This document shows positions 29,797-37,915 of a stretch of DNA of 64,000 nt, piece after piece. Source of the stretch: Clostridia bacterium (lineage in GTDB: Bacteria; Bacillota; Clostridia; Oscillospirales; CAG-272); contig JAFTKN010000010.1 in NCBI GenBank assembly GCA_017453255.1, positions 280,458 through 344,457 on the forward strand, in the 5' to 3' direction. Every line of letters begins with the position of its first letter. Position 1 is the stretch's first letter. A program made the translations under genes and the position numbers. The notes below the pieces were generated by a model. The model saw nothing but the letters and a program-made list of their open reading frames with translations, had not been told where the DNA came from and searched no databases.

Positions 29797-30456
29797 ATAT
29801 ATTTTTGTAAAATCATTATAACAATCGTTACTGTATTCAAGGGTATATCTTAAATAATCATTATTTAACCAATATATTCCCTTATTTATAGAAATCAACG
29901 GTGACCTGCCATTGTTTTTACATGCACTGTTTATATAAGATACATGATAATAAAGATTTTGTTCTGGTTCCTTACTCAAAAATCTAAAATATGAAATAAC
30001 CTCACTATCCTTAAATTTCTTTTGATTGTTGTATAGAAAAAATTTAGCAATTTTCGTTGCAGTTCTCTTCAAATGTAGTCTTATTCCACCCGCTGAGATT
30101 CCCTTGTCATCTACACAAATACACCCAAATTTACTTATCACTTTTGGATTTTCGTATTTGAAATTATTCCAAAAGTACCTTTCTATATCAATATCTATTT
30201 CGTTTGATATGGGAATGTAATCCATCCATTCCCTTAAATTATCAGGTTTATTTGCTTTAATAATAAGATATTTTGTATTTTCTCTTTTGATTGTCATTAG
30301 CTGTGCACTTGTAGGATTGATAACCACAGTTAAAAACGGTTTGGTAAAATCAACGCCTATTTCAAAATCTTGTGCAGAAACCATATAACCATTAATTCTT
30401 AATTTATTAAATACATCACGTCTTCTATACTGGTTATTATCAAGAATTAAAATCAT
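29788..30456 (-). CDS. Hypothetical protein; receiver-like N-terminus without phospho-acceptor Asp plus OmpR-type winged-helix-like C-terminus (tentative)
   Basis: Start ATG 30456 after GGTGGTG; the track start 30510 is a TTG. MILILDNNQY...NGYMVSA...PFLTVVINP...KYLIIKAN resembles a receiver fold. The C-terminal GIRLHLKRTATKIAKFFLYN..KKFKDSEVISYF....NLYYHVSYINSACK....ISINKGIYWL resembles trans_reg_C. By eye only. Confidence 0.55.
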   Translation of the reverse strand: MILILDNNQYRRRDVFNKLRINGYMVSAQDFEIGVDFTKPFLTVVINPTSAQLMTIKRENTKYLIIKANKPDNLREWMDYIPISNEIDIDIERYFWNNFKYENPKVISKFGCICVDDKGISAGGIRLHLKRTATKIAKFFLYNNQKKFKDSEVISYFRFLSKEPEQNLYYHVSYINSACKNNGRSPLISINKGIYWLNNDYLRYTLEYSNDCYNDFTKIYKK

Positions 30457-30528
30457 TTTTTCACCACCTGTAATATTTATCGAAAATTTGAAATAGAATT
30501 TAGTAACCAAACAATAAGGAGATTAAAT

Positions 30529-31032
30529 ATGTTTATATATTCATGCAAAGCATCTACATTGAAATTTTTAGGTGTCTCTGCTCTAGCCATTGTCACGCTT
30601 GTTGCTTTAATATTTTTAATACCAACAAATTCAGTAGCTTCAACAACAAAGGATATTGAAACAATGAATCAAAATATTTCATATGATAATGTTAAATCTG
30701 CGAAGGACGTAATAAAATTTCTTGAACAATTTGGTTGGAAAGTAGAGGAAAATGTTTATGAAGAATGTGAAATAACTATTCCAAAGGATTTTGATAAAGT
30801 AATGCTACAATATAATGAAATACAAAAGCAACAAGGATTAGATTTAAGCAAATATAGCAAAAAAAGTGCAAATCGATTTACATACAAGGTTACTAATTAC
30901 CCAAACTATAGTGGAACAGTTTATGCAAATGTAATCACTTATGGTGGAAGGGTAATTGCTGGCGACATATGTACTGCCGATGCAAAAGGATTTATTCATA
31001 CCCTTCAGATGCCTGAATCTCCTACTAATTAA
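30529..31032 (+). CDS. DUF4830-like secreted/membrane-anchored protein
   Basis: 167 aa. N-terminal signal/anchor. Pattern FLEQFGWKVEE..E.EITIPKDFDKVMLQYNEIQKQQGLDLSKY.KK...RFTYKVTNYP...VYANVITYGGRVIAGDI matches my recollection of DUF4830. Confidence 0.65.
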   Translation: MFIYSCKASTLKFLGVSALAIVTLVALIFLIPTNSVASTTKDIETMNQNISYDNVKSAKDVIKFLEQFGWKVEENVYEECEITIPKDFDKVMLQYNEIQKQQGLDLSKYSKKSANRFTYKVTNYPNYSGTVYANVITYGGRVIAGDICTADAKGFIHTLQMPESPTN

Positions 31033-31050
31033 ATTTTAACATATTAATCT

Positions 31051-31089
31051 AAAAAAGCAAGAAATTTTATTCTTTTTCTTGCTTTTTTG
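31051..31089 (+). terminator. Intrinsic terminator after the DUF4830 gene
   Basis: AGCAAGAAA..loop..TTTCTTGCT followed by TTTTT. Confidence 0.7.
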
Positions 31090-31135
31090 TTATTTTTGCA
31101 TTCTCCTGTGAATATAATCTTACAAAGGACAAGAT

Positions 31136-32059
31136 ATGGAGATAAAAATGAAATATTTAATTGATTATAAAAAGAAAGCACCAAGCACTCTAACCAATGT
31201 AATTAATAAATTACCGCCTTATTTAGGGACAAGGCTAACAATCTATCTTGAAGCTTTAACATATAGACAAATTGATGAAATACGTCTAAAAGCAAACTCA
31301 TTTCTTTGTCTAATTGCAGATTATAAAAATATTGTAACTGACATTTATATTTCTACAGATGTAATAGAAGAATGCTTTAATGCTCTGTGCAATTATTCTA
31401 TCTATGCTCATTTTGACACAATAAAAAAGGGATATATTAACGTTGGTAACGGGATTAGAGCCTGTATATGTGGAAAAGCAACAATCGAAAACGATGAGTT
31501 ACTTGGAATACATAATATCAGCTCAATAAACATTAGAATCCCAAATAAAATTCTTAATGCAAGCAATTATTTATTTAATTTGTTAGAAAAAACTAATTTT
31601 TCTAAATCAGTTTTGCTCTACTCTGCACCTGGTGTTGGAAAAACTTCTATCTTACGAGATTTAATCTTAAAAATTGAAGATGTTTACCCTAAAATTCGAT
31701 ACTCAATTATAGATACAAAGGAAGAAATTACATCAGGGGTCGATGCATTAATTACAGGTGATATTTTTTTATCTTATCCGAAGGGATTAGCAATAGAATT
31801 AGCAACTAAAGGCATGACACCACAATATATACTTTGTGACGAAATTTCTTCTTATGATGAAGCTACTTCAATCCAAAAAGCGTTGAATTGTGGAGTTAAA
31901 ATAGTAGCGACAACTCATGCTGGTAGTAAAGATGAGCTTTTATCGAAAGAAATACTTAAAGGGTTAATTAATGATAATGTTTTTGACTATGCATTGGGTG
32001 TTTACAGAAATTACGGCGAAAGGCATTATCAATTCGAATTAACAGAATTGAAAATTTGA
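31136..32059 (+). CDS. spoIIIAA: Stage III sporulation protein AA (ATPase)
   Basis: 307 aa. Walker A SAPGVGKTS, Walker B ILCDEI. First gene of an 8-gene overlapping operon. Confidence 0.9.
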   Translation: MEIKMKYLIDYKKKAPSTLTNVINKLPPYLGTRLTIYLEALTYRQIDEIRLKANSFLCLIADYKNIVTDIYISTDVIEECFNALCNYSIYAHFDTIKKGYINVGNGIRACICGKATIENDELLGIHNISSINIRIPNKILNASNYLFNLLEKTNFSKSVLLYSAPGVGKTSILRDLILKIEDVYPKIRYSIIDTKEEITSGVDALITGDIFLSYPKGLAIELATKGMTPQYILCDEISSYDEATSIQKALNCGVKIVATTHAGSKDELLSKEILKGLINDNVFDYALGVYRNYGERHYQFELTELKI

Positions 32060-32502
32060 AAATTATTGGAATTATATTTATTATTTTTGCTTCTTTGTTT
32101 GCTACTGTTTGTTATGAAAAAAAACTTAAGATAAAAATTATCAGACTTGAAGCTTTATTTGATTTTATATCTTATATGGAAACTCAAATATCTTTATTTT
32201 CGTTACCCATTAATTCAATTTTTTCAAATTATAAGCTTAACACTGAGCTTATATACAAGATAAAAGAAAAAAAATATGAAGATTTTTATGTTTATGATGA
32301 AGATTTTTCCGTTAAAGTCATAAATTTTTTTGAAAATATCGGTAAAGGATACAAGGATCAGCAATTAAAAAGTTGTAAAGCTTTTGCCGACATACTCAAT
32401 AAAGAGCTTGTATCTCAAAAGTCTGACATCAAGAATAAAATCAAAATATTTCGCACTATGGCTTTCTTTTTGAGTGCTTGTATCATTATTTTTATAGTTT
32501 AA
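32056..32502 (+). CDS. spoIIIAB: Stage III sporulation protein AB
   Basis: 148 aa. TTG start overlapping the AA stop, N- and C-terminal TM helices. Assigned from position in the operon. Confidence 0.8.
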   Translation: MKIIGIIFIIFASLFATVCYEKKLKIKIIRLEALFDFISYMETQISLFSLPINSIFSNYKLNTELIYKIKEKKYEDFYVYDEDFSVKVINFFENIGKGYKDQQLKSCKAFADILNKELVSQKSDIKNKIKIFRTMAFFLSACIIIFIV

Positions 32503-32517
32503 AGTAAAGGAGAAAAA

Positions 32518-32712
32518 ATGGATATATCTCTTTTGTTAAAGCTAATAGGTATAGGCTTACTTGTAGCGATTGGTTGTCAGGTTTTATCCAAAAGTGGTCG
32601 TGATGAGCAATCAACTATGCTATCAGTTGCCGGAATAATTATAGCCATGCTTCTAATATTGAAAGAGTTAAGTGGACTGCTAACTACTATATCCAATTTA
32701 TTTGGTCTTTGA
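32518..32712 (+). CDS. spoIIIAC: Stage III sporulation protein AC
   Basis: 64 aa, two TM helices. GGAG upstream. Operon position. Confidence 0.85.
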   Translation: MDISLLLKLIGIGLLVAIGCQVLSKSGRDEQSTMLSVAGIIIAMLLILKELSGLLTTISNLFGL

Positions 32713-33095
32713 TGAGTGAAATAAAGATATGTGGCTTTATTCTATGTATATTGGTATTATGTTCGTTTTTTAAAAATATTAGATCAGAATATTCCTTATT
32801 CATTCGTCTTGCTGCTACATTAAGTGTTTCATGCCTTGTATTAACAATGATTTCTCCTTTATTAGAATATATAGAAAAAATAAGCATGAACACTCCTGTA
32901 AGCCGGTATATTCCTATATTATTCAAGGCCTTGGGCATTTCTTTGCTTATCCATATAACCTCAGATGTCTGCTATGATGCTGGTGAAACAAGTTTAGCAG
33001 AAAAGGTTATTTTGTTTGGCAAGATCGAAATACTAGCATTATCTCTTCCGTTGATAAAAGAACTATTTAACATTGCTACGGGGTTGTTAGAGTGA
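32709..33095 (+). CDS. spoIIIAD: Stage III sporulation protein AD
   Basis: 128 aa, four TM helices. ATGA overlap with AC. Confidence 0.85.
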   Translation: MMSEIKICGFILCILVLCSFFKNIRSEYSLFIRLAATLSVSCLVLTMISPLLEYIEKISMNTPVSRYIPILFKALGISLLIHITSDVCYDAGETSLAEKVILFGKIEILALSLPLIKELFNIATGLLE

Positions 33096-34231
33096 AAAAA
33101 TTTTTATTTACTTTCTTTTTCCTTTTATTAATGTTATTTATTACAACCAGCACAAGTGCAGCAAATGTAGAAAGTGATATATACAATTCACTTGAAGATG
33201 AGATTAATAATTTCAAAGATAGCTTACCTGACTTTGTAATTGATTTCTTTCCCGATGATTTCTTTGATAATGAAATGTCGTTTGATTTCTCAGATGCATT
33301 AAGCGAAGAAGGATTTTGGAATTATATTTTTGGATACTTTTTTGGAAACATTTCTTCTGTAATTAAATCTTTTTCGTCCATTTTAGTTCTTATTATACTT
33401 TCATCAATTCTTACTTCAATCGGAAATTCTTTAAAGAATCAATCAATTAATCAGATATTTTCTTTATGTAACACTTTGTGTATTGGACTTGCTGTATTTA
33501 CTATTTGTACAAATTTAGCTAATTTTGTAACTGCTTATTTAAAAAGCATGTGTCGAGTTGTTAATTCCTTCTTACCATTAATGAGTGTGTTAAGCATTAT
33601 GTGTGGAAACATTACAAATGCTGCGGTTATCAGTACTTCCATGACTTTATTTATAGCCATTATTGAAAGCTTTTTGATTGTTTCTTTACTTCCTCTTGTC
33701 AAAATTTGTCTCGCTTTTATCTGTATTAAACCAATAGGTAATAACGATTTTAGTGGGATAACTAAAACTATTAAAGCTACATTTACTTCAGTCATCATTT
33801 TTACAATGTCAATCTTCATGTTTATTTTTTCTTTAAAAAATGTTATATCACAAGGATCTGATTCTTTATCTATAAAAACCGCTAAATTTGCAATAAGTAG
33901 CTTTGTACCAATAGTAGGTGCATCAATCAATGATGCATTAAGAACCGTGACCAGTAGTCTTAGTATTATTAAGAATTCTTGTGGTGTAATAGCAATAATT
34001 GTAATTATGATAATCATTATACCGATAATTATCAATCTTTTACTAAACAAGCTATCCTTTGGTTTATTAAGTTCAATATCAAAGCTTATTGGATCAAATG
34101 GTGAGGAAGCAATACTCGATGAAGCAAACTCGATTTGTACTTTTTTGCTAACATTAGTTGTCTGTGCATGCGTTTTGTTTATTTTTGGCTTAACCATATT
34201 TATTCAATCTACAATAGGTACTGGAGTATGA
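33092..34231 (+). CDS. spoIIIAE: Stage III sporulation protein AE
   Basis: 379 aa. GTG start overlapping the AD stop. Cleavable signal peptide (..TSTSAANVE), then a polytopic membrane domain. Confidence 0.88.
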   Translation: MKKFLFTFFFLLLMLFITTSTSAANVESDIYNSLEDEINNFKDSLPDFVIDFFPDDFFDNEMSFDFSDALSEEGFWNYIFGYFFGNISSVIKSFSSILVLIILSSILTSIGNSLKNQSINQIFSLCNTLCIGLAVFTICTNLANFVTAYLKSMCRVVNSFLPLMSVLSIMCGNITNAAVISTSMTLFIAIIESFLIVSLLPLVKICLAFICIKPIGNNDFSGITKTIKATFTSVIIFTMSIFMFIFSLKNVISQGSDSLSIKTAKFAISSFVPIVGASINDALRTVTSSLSIIKNSCGVIAIIVIMIIIIPIIINLLLNKLSFGLLSSISKLIGSNGEEAILDEANSICTFLLTLVVCACVLFIFGLTIFIQSTIGTGV

Positions 34232-34716
34232 AAATATATTTTACAACTATATTAACCATATCGTTAGTAGGAGGAATAATAACTTCTCTTTTACCTGAAA
34301 AATCAAATAGCTTAAAAAAATATGTTAAATATGTAATCGGCTTAATTTGTGCTATAACGCTAATTTCACCATTAACATCGGTTTTGGGAAACATAACAAA
34401 GCTACAAAGTAATATTAATGATTTTTTTGACAGTAATTTTTCACAAAAAGCAATCGATACGTCAAATAACCTTGTCTTAGAAACTGGAATAGAAAAAGTA
34501 TCAATAGGTATAAAATCAGTTTTAATAAATAAATTTAAAATTGATGAATCTAACATTGATATCGACATAATTAGTGATGATACTGACATAAGTGCTATAA
34601 AAATTGCAAAAATCATAATTATTCTTAAAGGAAATGCTACTTGGGAAAATTCAGAAAGCATTAGAAATTACTTAGATGGACTAATAAGCTGTGATATAGA
34701 GATCAAAAAAATGTAA
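34228..34716 (+). CDS. spoIIIAF: Stage III sporulation protein AF
   Basis: MKIYFTTILTISLVGGIITSLLPEK. ATG 34228 forms an ATGA overlap with the AE stop. The longer track ORF (34135) lies inside AE. Confidence 0.85.
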   Translation: MKIYFTTILTISLVGGIITSLLPEKSNSLKKYVKYVIGLICAITLISPLTSVLGNITKLQSNINDFFDSNFSQKAIDTSNNLVLETGIEKVSIGIKSVLINKFKIDESNIDIDIISDDTDISAIKIAKIIIILKGNATWENSESIRNYLDGLISCDIEIKKM

Positions 34717-34730
34717 AGGGGGGTAAACAA

Positions 34731-35114
34731 ATAAAAAAGTACCGTAATATAATTATTGTTTGTATTTTAGCTACTTTAGGAATATTTTTTATATGGAATT
34801 CCAAAACAAATTCTGACGATTCTAATTCTGAAAATAGCTTTAACAATTCAATTTTTGAACTTGAAACAAGAATCGAACAATTTTTATTAAATGTTGATGG
34901 AATCAAAAATGTTAAAGCAATAGTTACAGTTGATGCTGATATCAACACATCATTTAATTATTATGAAGATTCCGATTATTTTCCCTGCGTAAGTGGCATT
35001 GCAATCGCTTGTACAAACGGAGACAATTATGATACTAAAATTAAAATTACAAAACTAATTTCAGCTTATTTAGGAATACCTTTTAATAGAATTGAAATTG
35101 TTAGCTTTGGATAG
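34731..35114 (+). CDS. spoIIIAG: Stage III sporulation protein AG homologue (short form); start codon non-canonical or unresolved
   Basis: Not in the ORF track. The frame is open from 34695 to TAG 35112-35114 with no ATG/GTG/TTG. SD AAAGGGGGG (34715-34723) lies 7 nt before ATA 34731. The product has one TM helix (IIIVCILATLGIFFIW) and an alpha-beta-beta-alpha-beta domain. It sits exactly between AF and AH. Confidence 0.6.
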   Translation: MKKYRNIIIVCILATLGIFFIWNSKTNSDDSNSENSFNNSIFELETRIEQFLLNVDGIKNVKAIVTVDADINTSFNYYEDSDYFPCVSGIAIACTNGDNYDTKIKITKLISAYLGIPFNRIEIVSFG

Positions 35115-35174
35115 GTATATTTGAAAACAAGTAAAAATATAATTTAATGTAAACAAACATAGGAGAAAACAATT

Positions 35175-35738
35175 ATGAACACAGAGAAAAAATTTACAAA
35201 ATTAAAACAAGCCATTAAAAAAATTGGCACTCGTAATTTAGTAGTTATCTGCGCTGTATTGCTAATTGGAACAGCAATCGGTATTAACTACATACTTTAT
35301 AGAGATCAAGCAAACACCCCATCAACTGATGTTGATATTGATCTTGACGACACAGATTTTAACGATATGTTAGACAAAGACCCTAACGCATCAGATTACT
35401 TTGCACAAACTATTCTCTCTCGTCAGCAAGCGAGAGATGAAGCTCTCGAGGTTTTGCAAACAGTTGCAAAAAGTGAAACCGCTCTTCCAGAAGCCGTTCA
35501 ATCAGCTTTAAATGAAATAGCTCAAATTGCTAAAGACATTGAAAATGAGTCAAACATTGAAACGCTTATTGAAGCAAAGGGTATCGAAGCTTGTATTGCA
35601 GTTATCAACGACGGCAAAGCAACAATTATTGTCCAAACTGATGGCTTACTCGCAAGCGAGGTTGCACAAATTAACGAAATAGTTTATGAGCAATCTGGTA
35701 TTCTTCCAACAGATTTAAAGATTGTAGAAAAAAATTAA
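35175..35738 (+). CDS. spoIIIAH: Stage III sporulation protein AH
   Basis: 187 aa. N-terminal TM (LVVICAVLLIGTAIGI), a Q/E-rich linker, and a C-terminal ring-building-type domain (GIEACIAVINDGKATIIVQT). Confidence 0.85.
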   Translation: MNTEKKFTKLKQAIKKIGTRNLVVICAVLLIGTAIGINYILYRDQANTPSTDVDIDLDDTDFNDMLDKDPNASDYFAQTILSRQQARDEALEVLQTVAKSETALPEAVQSALNEIAQIAKDIENESNIETLIEAKGIEACIAVINDGKATIIVQTDGLLASEVAQINEIVYEQSGILPTDLKIVEKN

Positions 35739-35759
35739 CTCCTCGTATTTTATTAACTT

Positions 35760-35788
35760 GACAAATACCATTTTTTATTGTATCATAT
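35760..35788 (+). promoter_or_regulatory. Sigma-A type promoter for the small ORF after spoIIIAH
   Basis: TTGACA (35760-35765), 17 nt, TATCAT (35783-35788). Confidence 0.5.
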
Positions 35789-35820
35789 AAGAAATGATAT
35801 TTTGAAAGGTGGTAACCTAT

Positions 35821-36099
35821 ATGCAACTTAAAAAAGGACAATATGTTCTTTATAAAGGCCTTCCTCTTGTTAGAGATGGAGATACCTTGTATTATGGCGA
35901 TTTAAAAGAAAAATATATACTTACCCTTAACATTTTAGGCAAGGATGCAAATGAGAATCCTAATATGATAATGGTTCAAATTTGTCAAACAAATGATAGA
36001 AATAAAATAGTTAAAGGTAAACAAGCTTTTAAAAAAGATTTATATGAGGCTCTTGATTTAGGTGGAATCTGGCTAGATCAAACTATTAAAGAAAATTAA
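35821..36099 (+). CDS. Hypothetical 92-aa protein
   Basis: ATG 35821 lies 8 nt after AAAGGTGG; the track start 35809 is inside the SD. No recognisable motif. Confidence 0.55.
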   Translation: MQLKKGQYVLYKGLPLVRDGDTLYYGDLKEKYILTLNILGKDANENPNMIMVQICQTNDRNKIVKGKQAFKKDLYEALDLGGIWLDQTIKEN

Positions 36100-36100
36100 G

Positions 36101-36133
36101 AAAAGAGGTACACATTGGTGTACCTCTTATTTG
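36101..36133. terminator. Bidirectional intrinsic terminator
   Basis: AAAAGAGGTACACattgGTGTACCTCTTATTT. Confidence 0.75.
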
Positions 36134-36576
36134 TTTTCTAAATTATTGATTATACTTGATAGCACCTCTGATGCACGCGATATGTCCTTCGGAAGCAATC
36201 CATCGAACGCTTTTTTCTCAATTTCTTTGATAGCTTCATCAATTGATTTTTTTATTTCATATCCTTTATTTGTTAGAAAAACTCGATGTTGCCTGCCATC
36301 GTACATATCTTCTTCTCTCTCAATTAGTCCTTCAAGCTCCATTTTCTCAAGCGCTACGCTAATTGTAGACCCCTTCAAATGAGTAAGTCTTACCAATTGA
36401 TTTTGTGTTAAACAATCTTCTACGGAAAGTGTTAATAAAATGTATCTTGATGCGCGTTGATTAAGAATTTTGCTTTTGCTTAGTTTAGCAAATTCATCAT
36501 CAAAAATCTTTTCTAACCAACTGGCAAGTGAAAGAATTGATATTCTATCCTTCTCTATATCTAAAATATGTCGCAT
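36127..36576 (-). CDS. MarR-family transcriptional regulator
   Basis: 149 aa. Winged helix LTQNQLVRLTHLKGSTISVALEKMELEGLIERE. Confidence 0.85.
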   Translation of the reverse strand: MRHILDIEKDRISILSLASWLEKIFDDEFAKLSKSKILNQRASRYILLTLSVEDCLTQNQLVRLTHLKGSTISVALEKMELEGLIEREEDMYDGRQHRVFLTNKGYEIKKSIDEAIKEIEKKAFDGLLPKDISRASEVLSSIINNLENK

Positions 36577-36737
36577 AATATTTTCCTTTTATTATGTTTT
36601 TTTATATTCTACTATATTTAAATATTTTTTTCAACAAAAATTTTGGAATTAAATATCTCATACTAATAAATTTGTTATTCATAATCTATCTTAAACTTAC
36701 ATAAATTAAGTATGCACGATTAGAAAGGAATATAAAA

Positions 36738-37790
36738 ATGATAAAAAATAAATCAATAAAAGCTTTCTCTTTGGTTTTGGTTTTTATTTTTCTTATTTTG
36801 CCTATATTAGCTGATTCTGTAAGTGCGACATGTAAAGATGACAATGTTGACATTTCAAATTTAGAGTTATATCCTGGTGGTATGCCGTTTGGTGTTAGAA
36901 TAAATTCAGGGGGACTCACTGTCGTCAAATTTGCAGAAACAGAAGGTGTAAACACTTCTCCCGCCTTTTTAGCTGGAATCAAAATTGGAGATATAATAAC
37001 AAAAATCAATGGTAAAGAAATAAAGAACATTAATGATTTTATAGACGAAATAAACAATTGTAATGGAAAGCCCATCGATGTTACTATTATTAGAAATAAT
37101 AAAGAATATAATTTCATTATTACACCTAAATTTAGCAACAAAGACAACTGCTTTAAAACTGGAATTTGGGTAAAGGATTCTACATCAGGAATAGGAACAG
37201 TTACATTCGTTAATCCTAAAAATAATTCATTTGGAGGATTAGGTCATGCTATTTCAGATTCACAAAGTGGAAAAATAATTCCTGTATCAAGAGGAATGGT
37301 GTTGAATGTTTGCATAAATGGTGTAAATCGTGGAAAAAAAGGGTGTGCTGGTGAATTAAGAGGCTCTTTTTTACCAAAAAGAATAGGTACTCTCACAAAA
37401 AATTCTGAATGTGGTGTATTTGGAATTATGTCCTGCTCAACAATAGCTTTTCCAGAAAATAAATTAAAAGTTTGTCCTATGGACGAGGTTGTGGAAGGTG
37501 ATGCATATATTTGGTGTACAATCGATGAAAAGGGACCTCAGAAGTTCTCTATCAAAATATTCGACATTTCAAATAATAATTCAGAAACAAAAAATTTCAA
37601 GGTTAAAGTTACAGATGAAAAGCTTCTTGAGGAAGCAGGCGGAATTGTCCAAGGCATGAGTGGTAGTCCAATAATTCAAAATGGTAGAATAATTGGTGCG
37701 ATTACACATGTATTAATAAACGATCCAACTCAAGGATATGGTATTTTCATTGAAAACATGTTGAATTCCATGCCTGAAATCTTAAAATGA
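36738..37790 (+). CDS. spoIVB: SpoIVB peptidase (S55) with PDZ domain
   Basis: 350 aa. Signal anchor. PDZ AGIKIGDIITKINGKEI. GIGTVTF, GLGHAI, GMSGSPIIQNGRIIGAITHV. Confidence 0.9.
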   Translation: MIKNKSIKAFSLVLVFIFLILPILADSVSATCKDDNVDISNLELYPGGMPFGVRINSGGLTVVKFAETEGVNTSPAFLAGIKIGDIITKINGKEIKNINDFIDEINNCNGKPIDVTIIRNNKEYNFIITPKFSNKDNCFKTGIWVKDSTSGIGTVTFVNPKNNSFGGLGHAISDSQSGKIIPVSRGMVLNVCINGVNRGKKGCAGELRGSFLPKRIGTLTKNSECGVFGIMSCSTIAFPENKLKVCPMDEVVEGDAYIWCTIDEKGPQKFSIKIFDISNNNSETKNFKVKVTDEKLLEEAGGIVQGMSGSPIIQNGRIIGAITHVLINDPTQGYGIFIENMLNSMPEILK

Positions 37791-37791
37791 T

Positions 37792-37819
37792 AAAAATCCC
37801 CAAATTGGGGATTTTTTTA
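37792..37819 (+). terminator. Intrinsic terminator after spoIVB
   Basis: AAAATCCCCAaatTGGGGATTTTTTT. Confidence 0.75.
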
Positions 37820-37861
37820 TGCGTAAAATTTTATATGGTAATTTTTGTTACCAGCACTGTT

Positions 37862-37892
37862 GCATAATTTCTCTATTTTTTTGCCAATAATC
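37862..37892 (+). promoter_or_regulatory. Possible forespore-type (SigF/SigG) promoter upstream of sigG
   Basis: GCATA (37862-37866) followed 16-18 nt later by GCCAATAATC. Only a partial match to the B. subtilis forespore consensus as I remember it. Confidence 0.3.
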
Positions 37893-37915
37893 TTAACAAA
37901 GATTAGGAGAAACAT

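Noticed and set aside
31090-31135. SigE-type promoter for spoIIIA (GAATATAATC region)
   Set aside because: The match to the mother-cell promoter consensus as I remember it is only loose. I cannot place a convincing -35, so it is not reported as a feature.
33535-34197. 220-aa ORF on the minus strand inside spoIIIAE
   Set aside because: It lies entirely antisense to a well-supported membrane-protein gene in an overlapping operon. It has no SD, and its low-complexity I/L/K-rich composition is typical of mirror-frame ORFs in AT-rich DNA.
34703-34948. 81-aa minus-strand track ORF in the AF-AH gap
   Set aside because: It is antisense to the + strand frame that encodes a TM helix plus an RBM-like domain in the exact spoIIIAG position. 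The + strand reading is far more plausible despite lacking a canonical start.
36686-37147. 153-aa minus-strand ORF overlapping the spoIVB start
   Set aside because: It is antisense to the spoIVB signal anchor and PDZ region. It has no SD, and it would collide with the marR-spoIVB intergenic promoter region.
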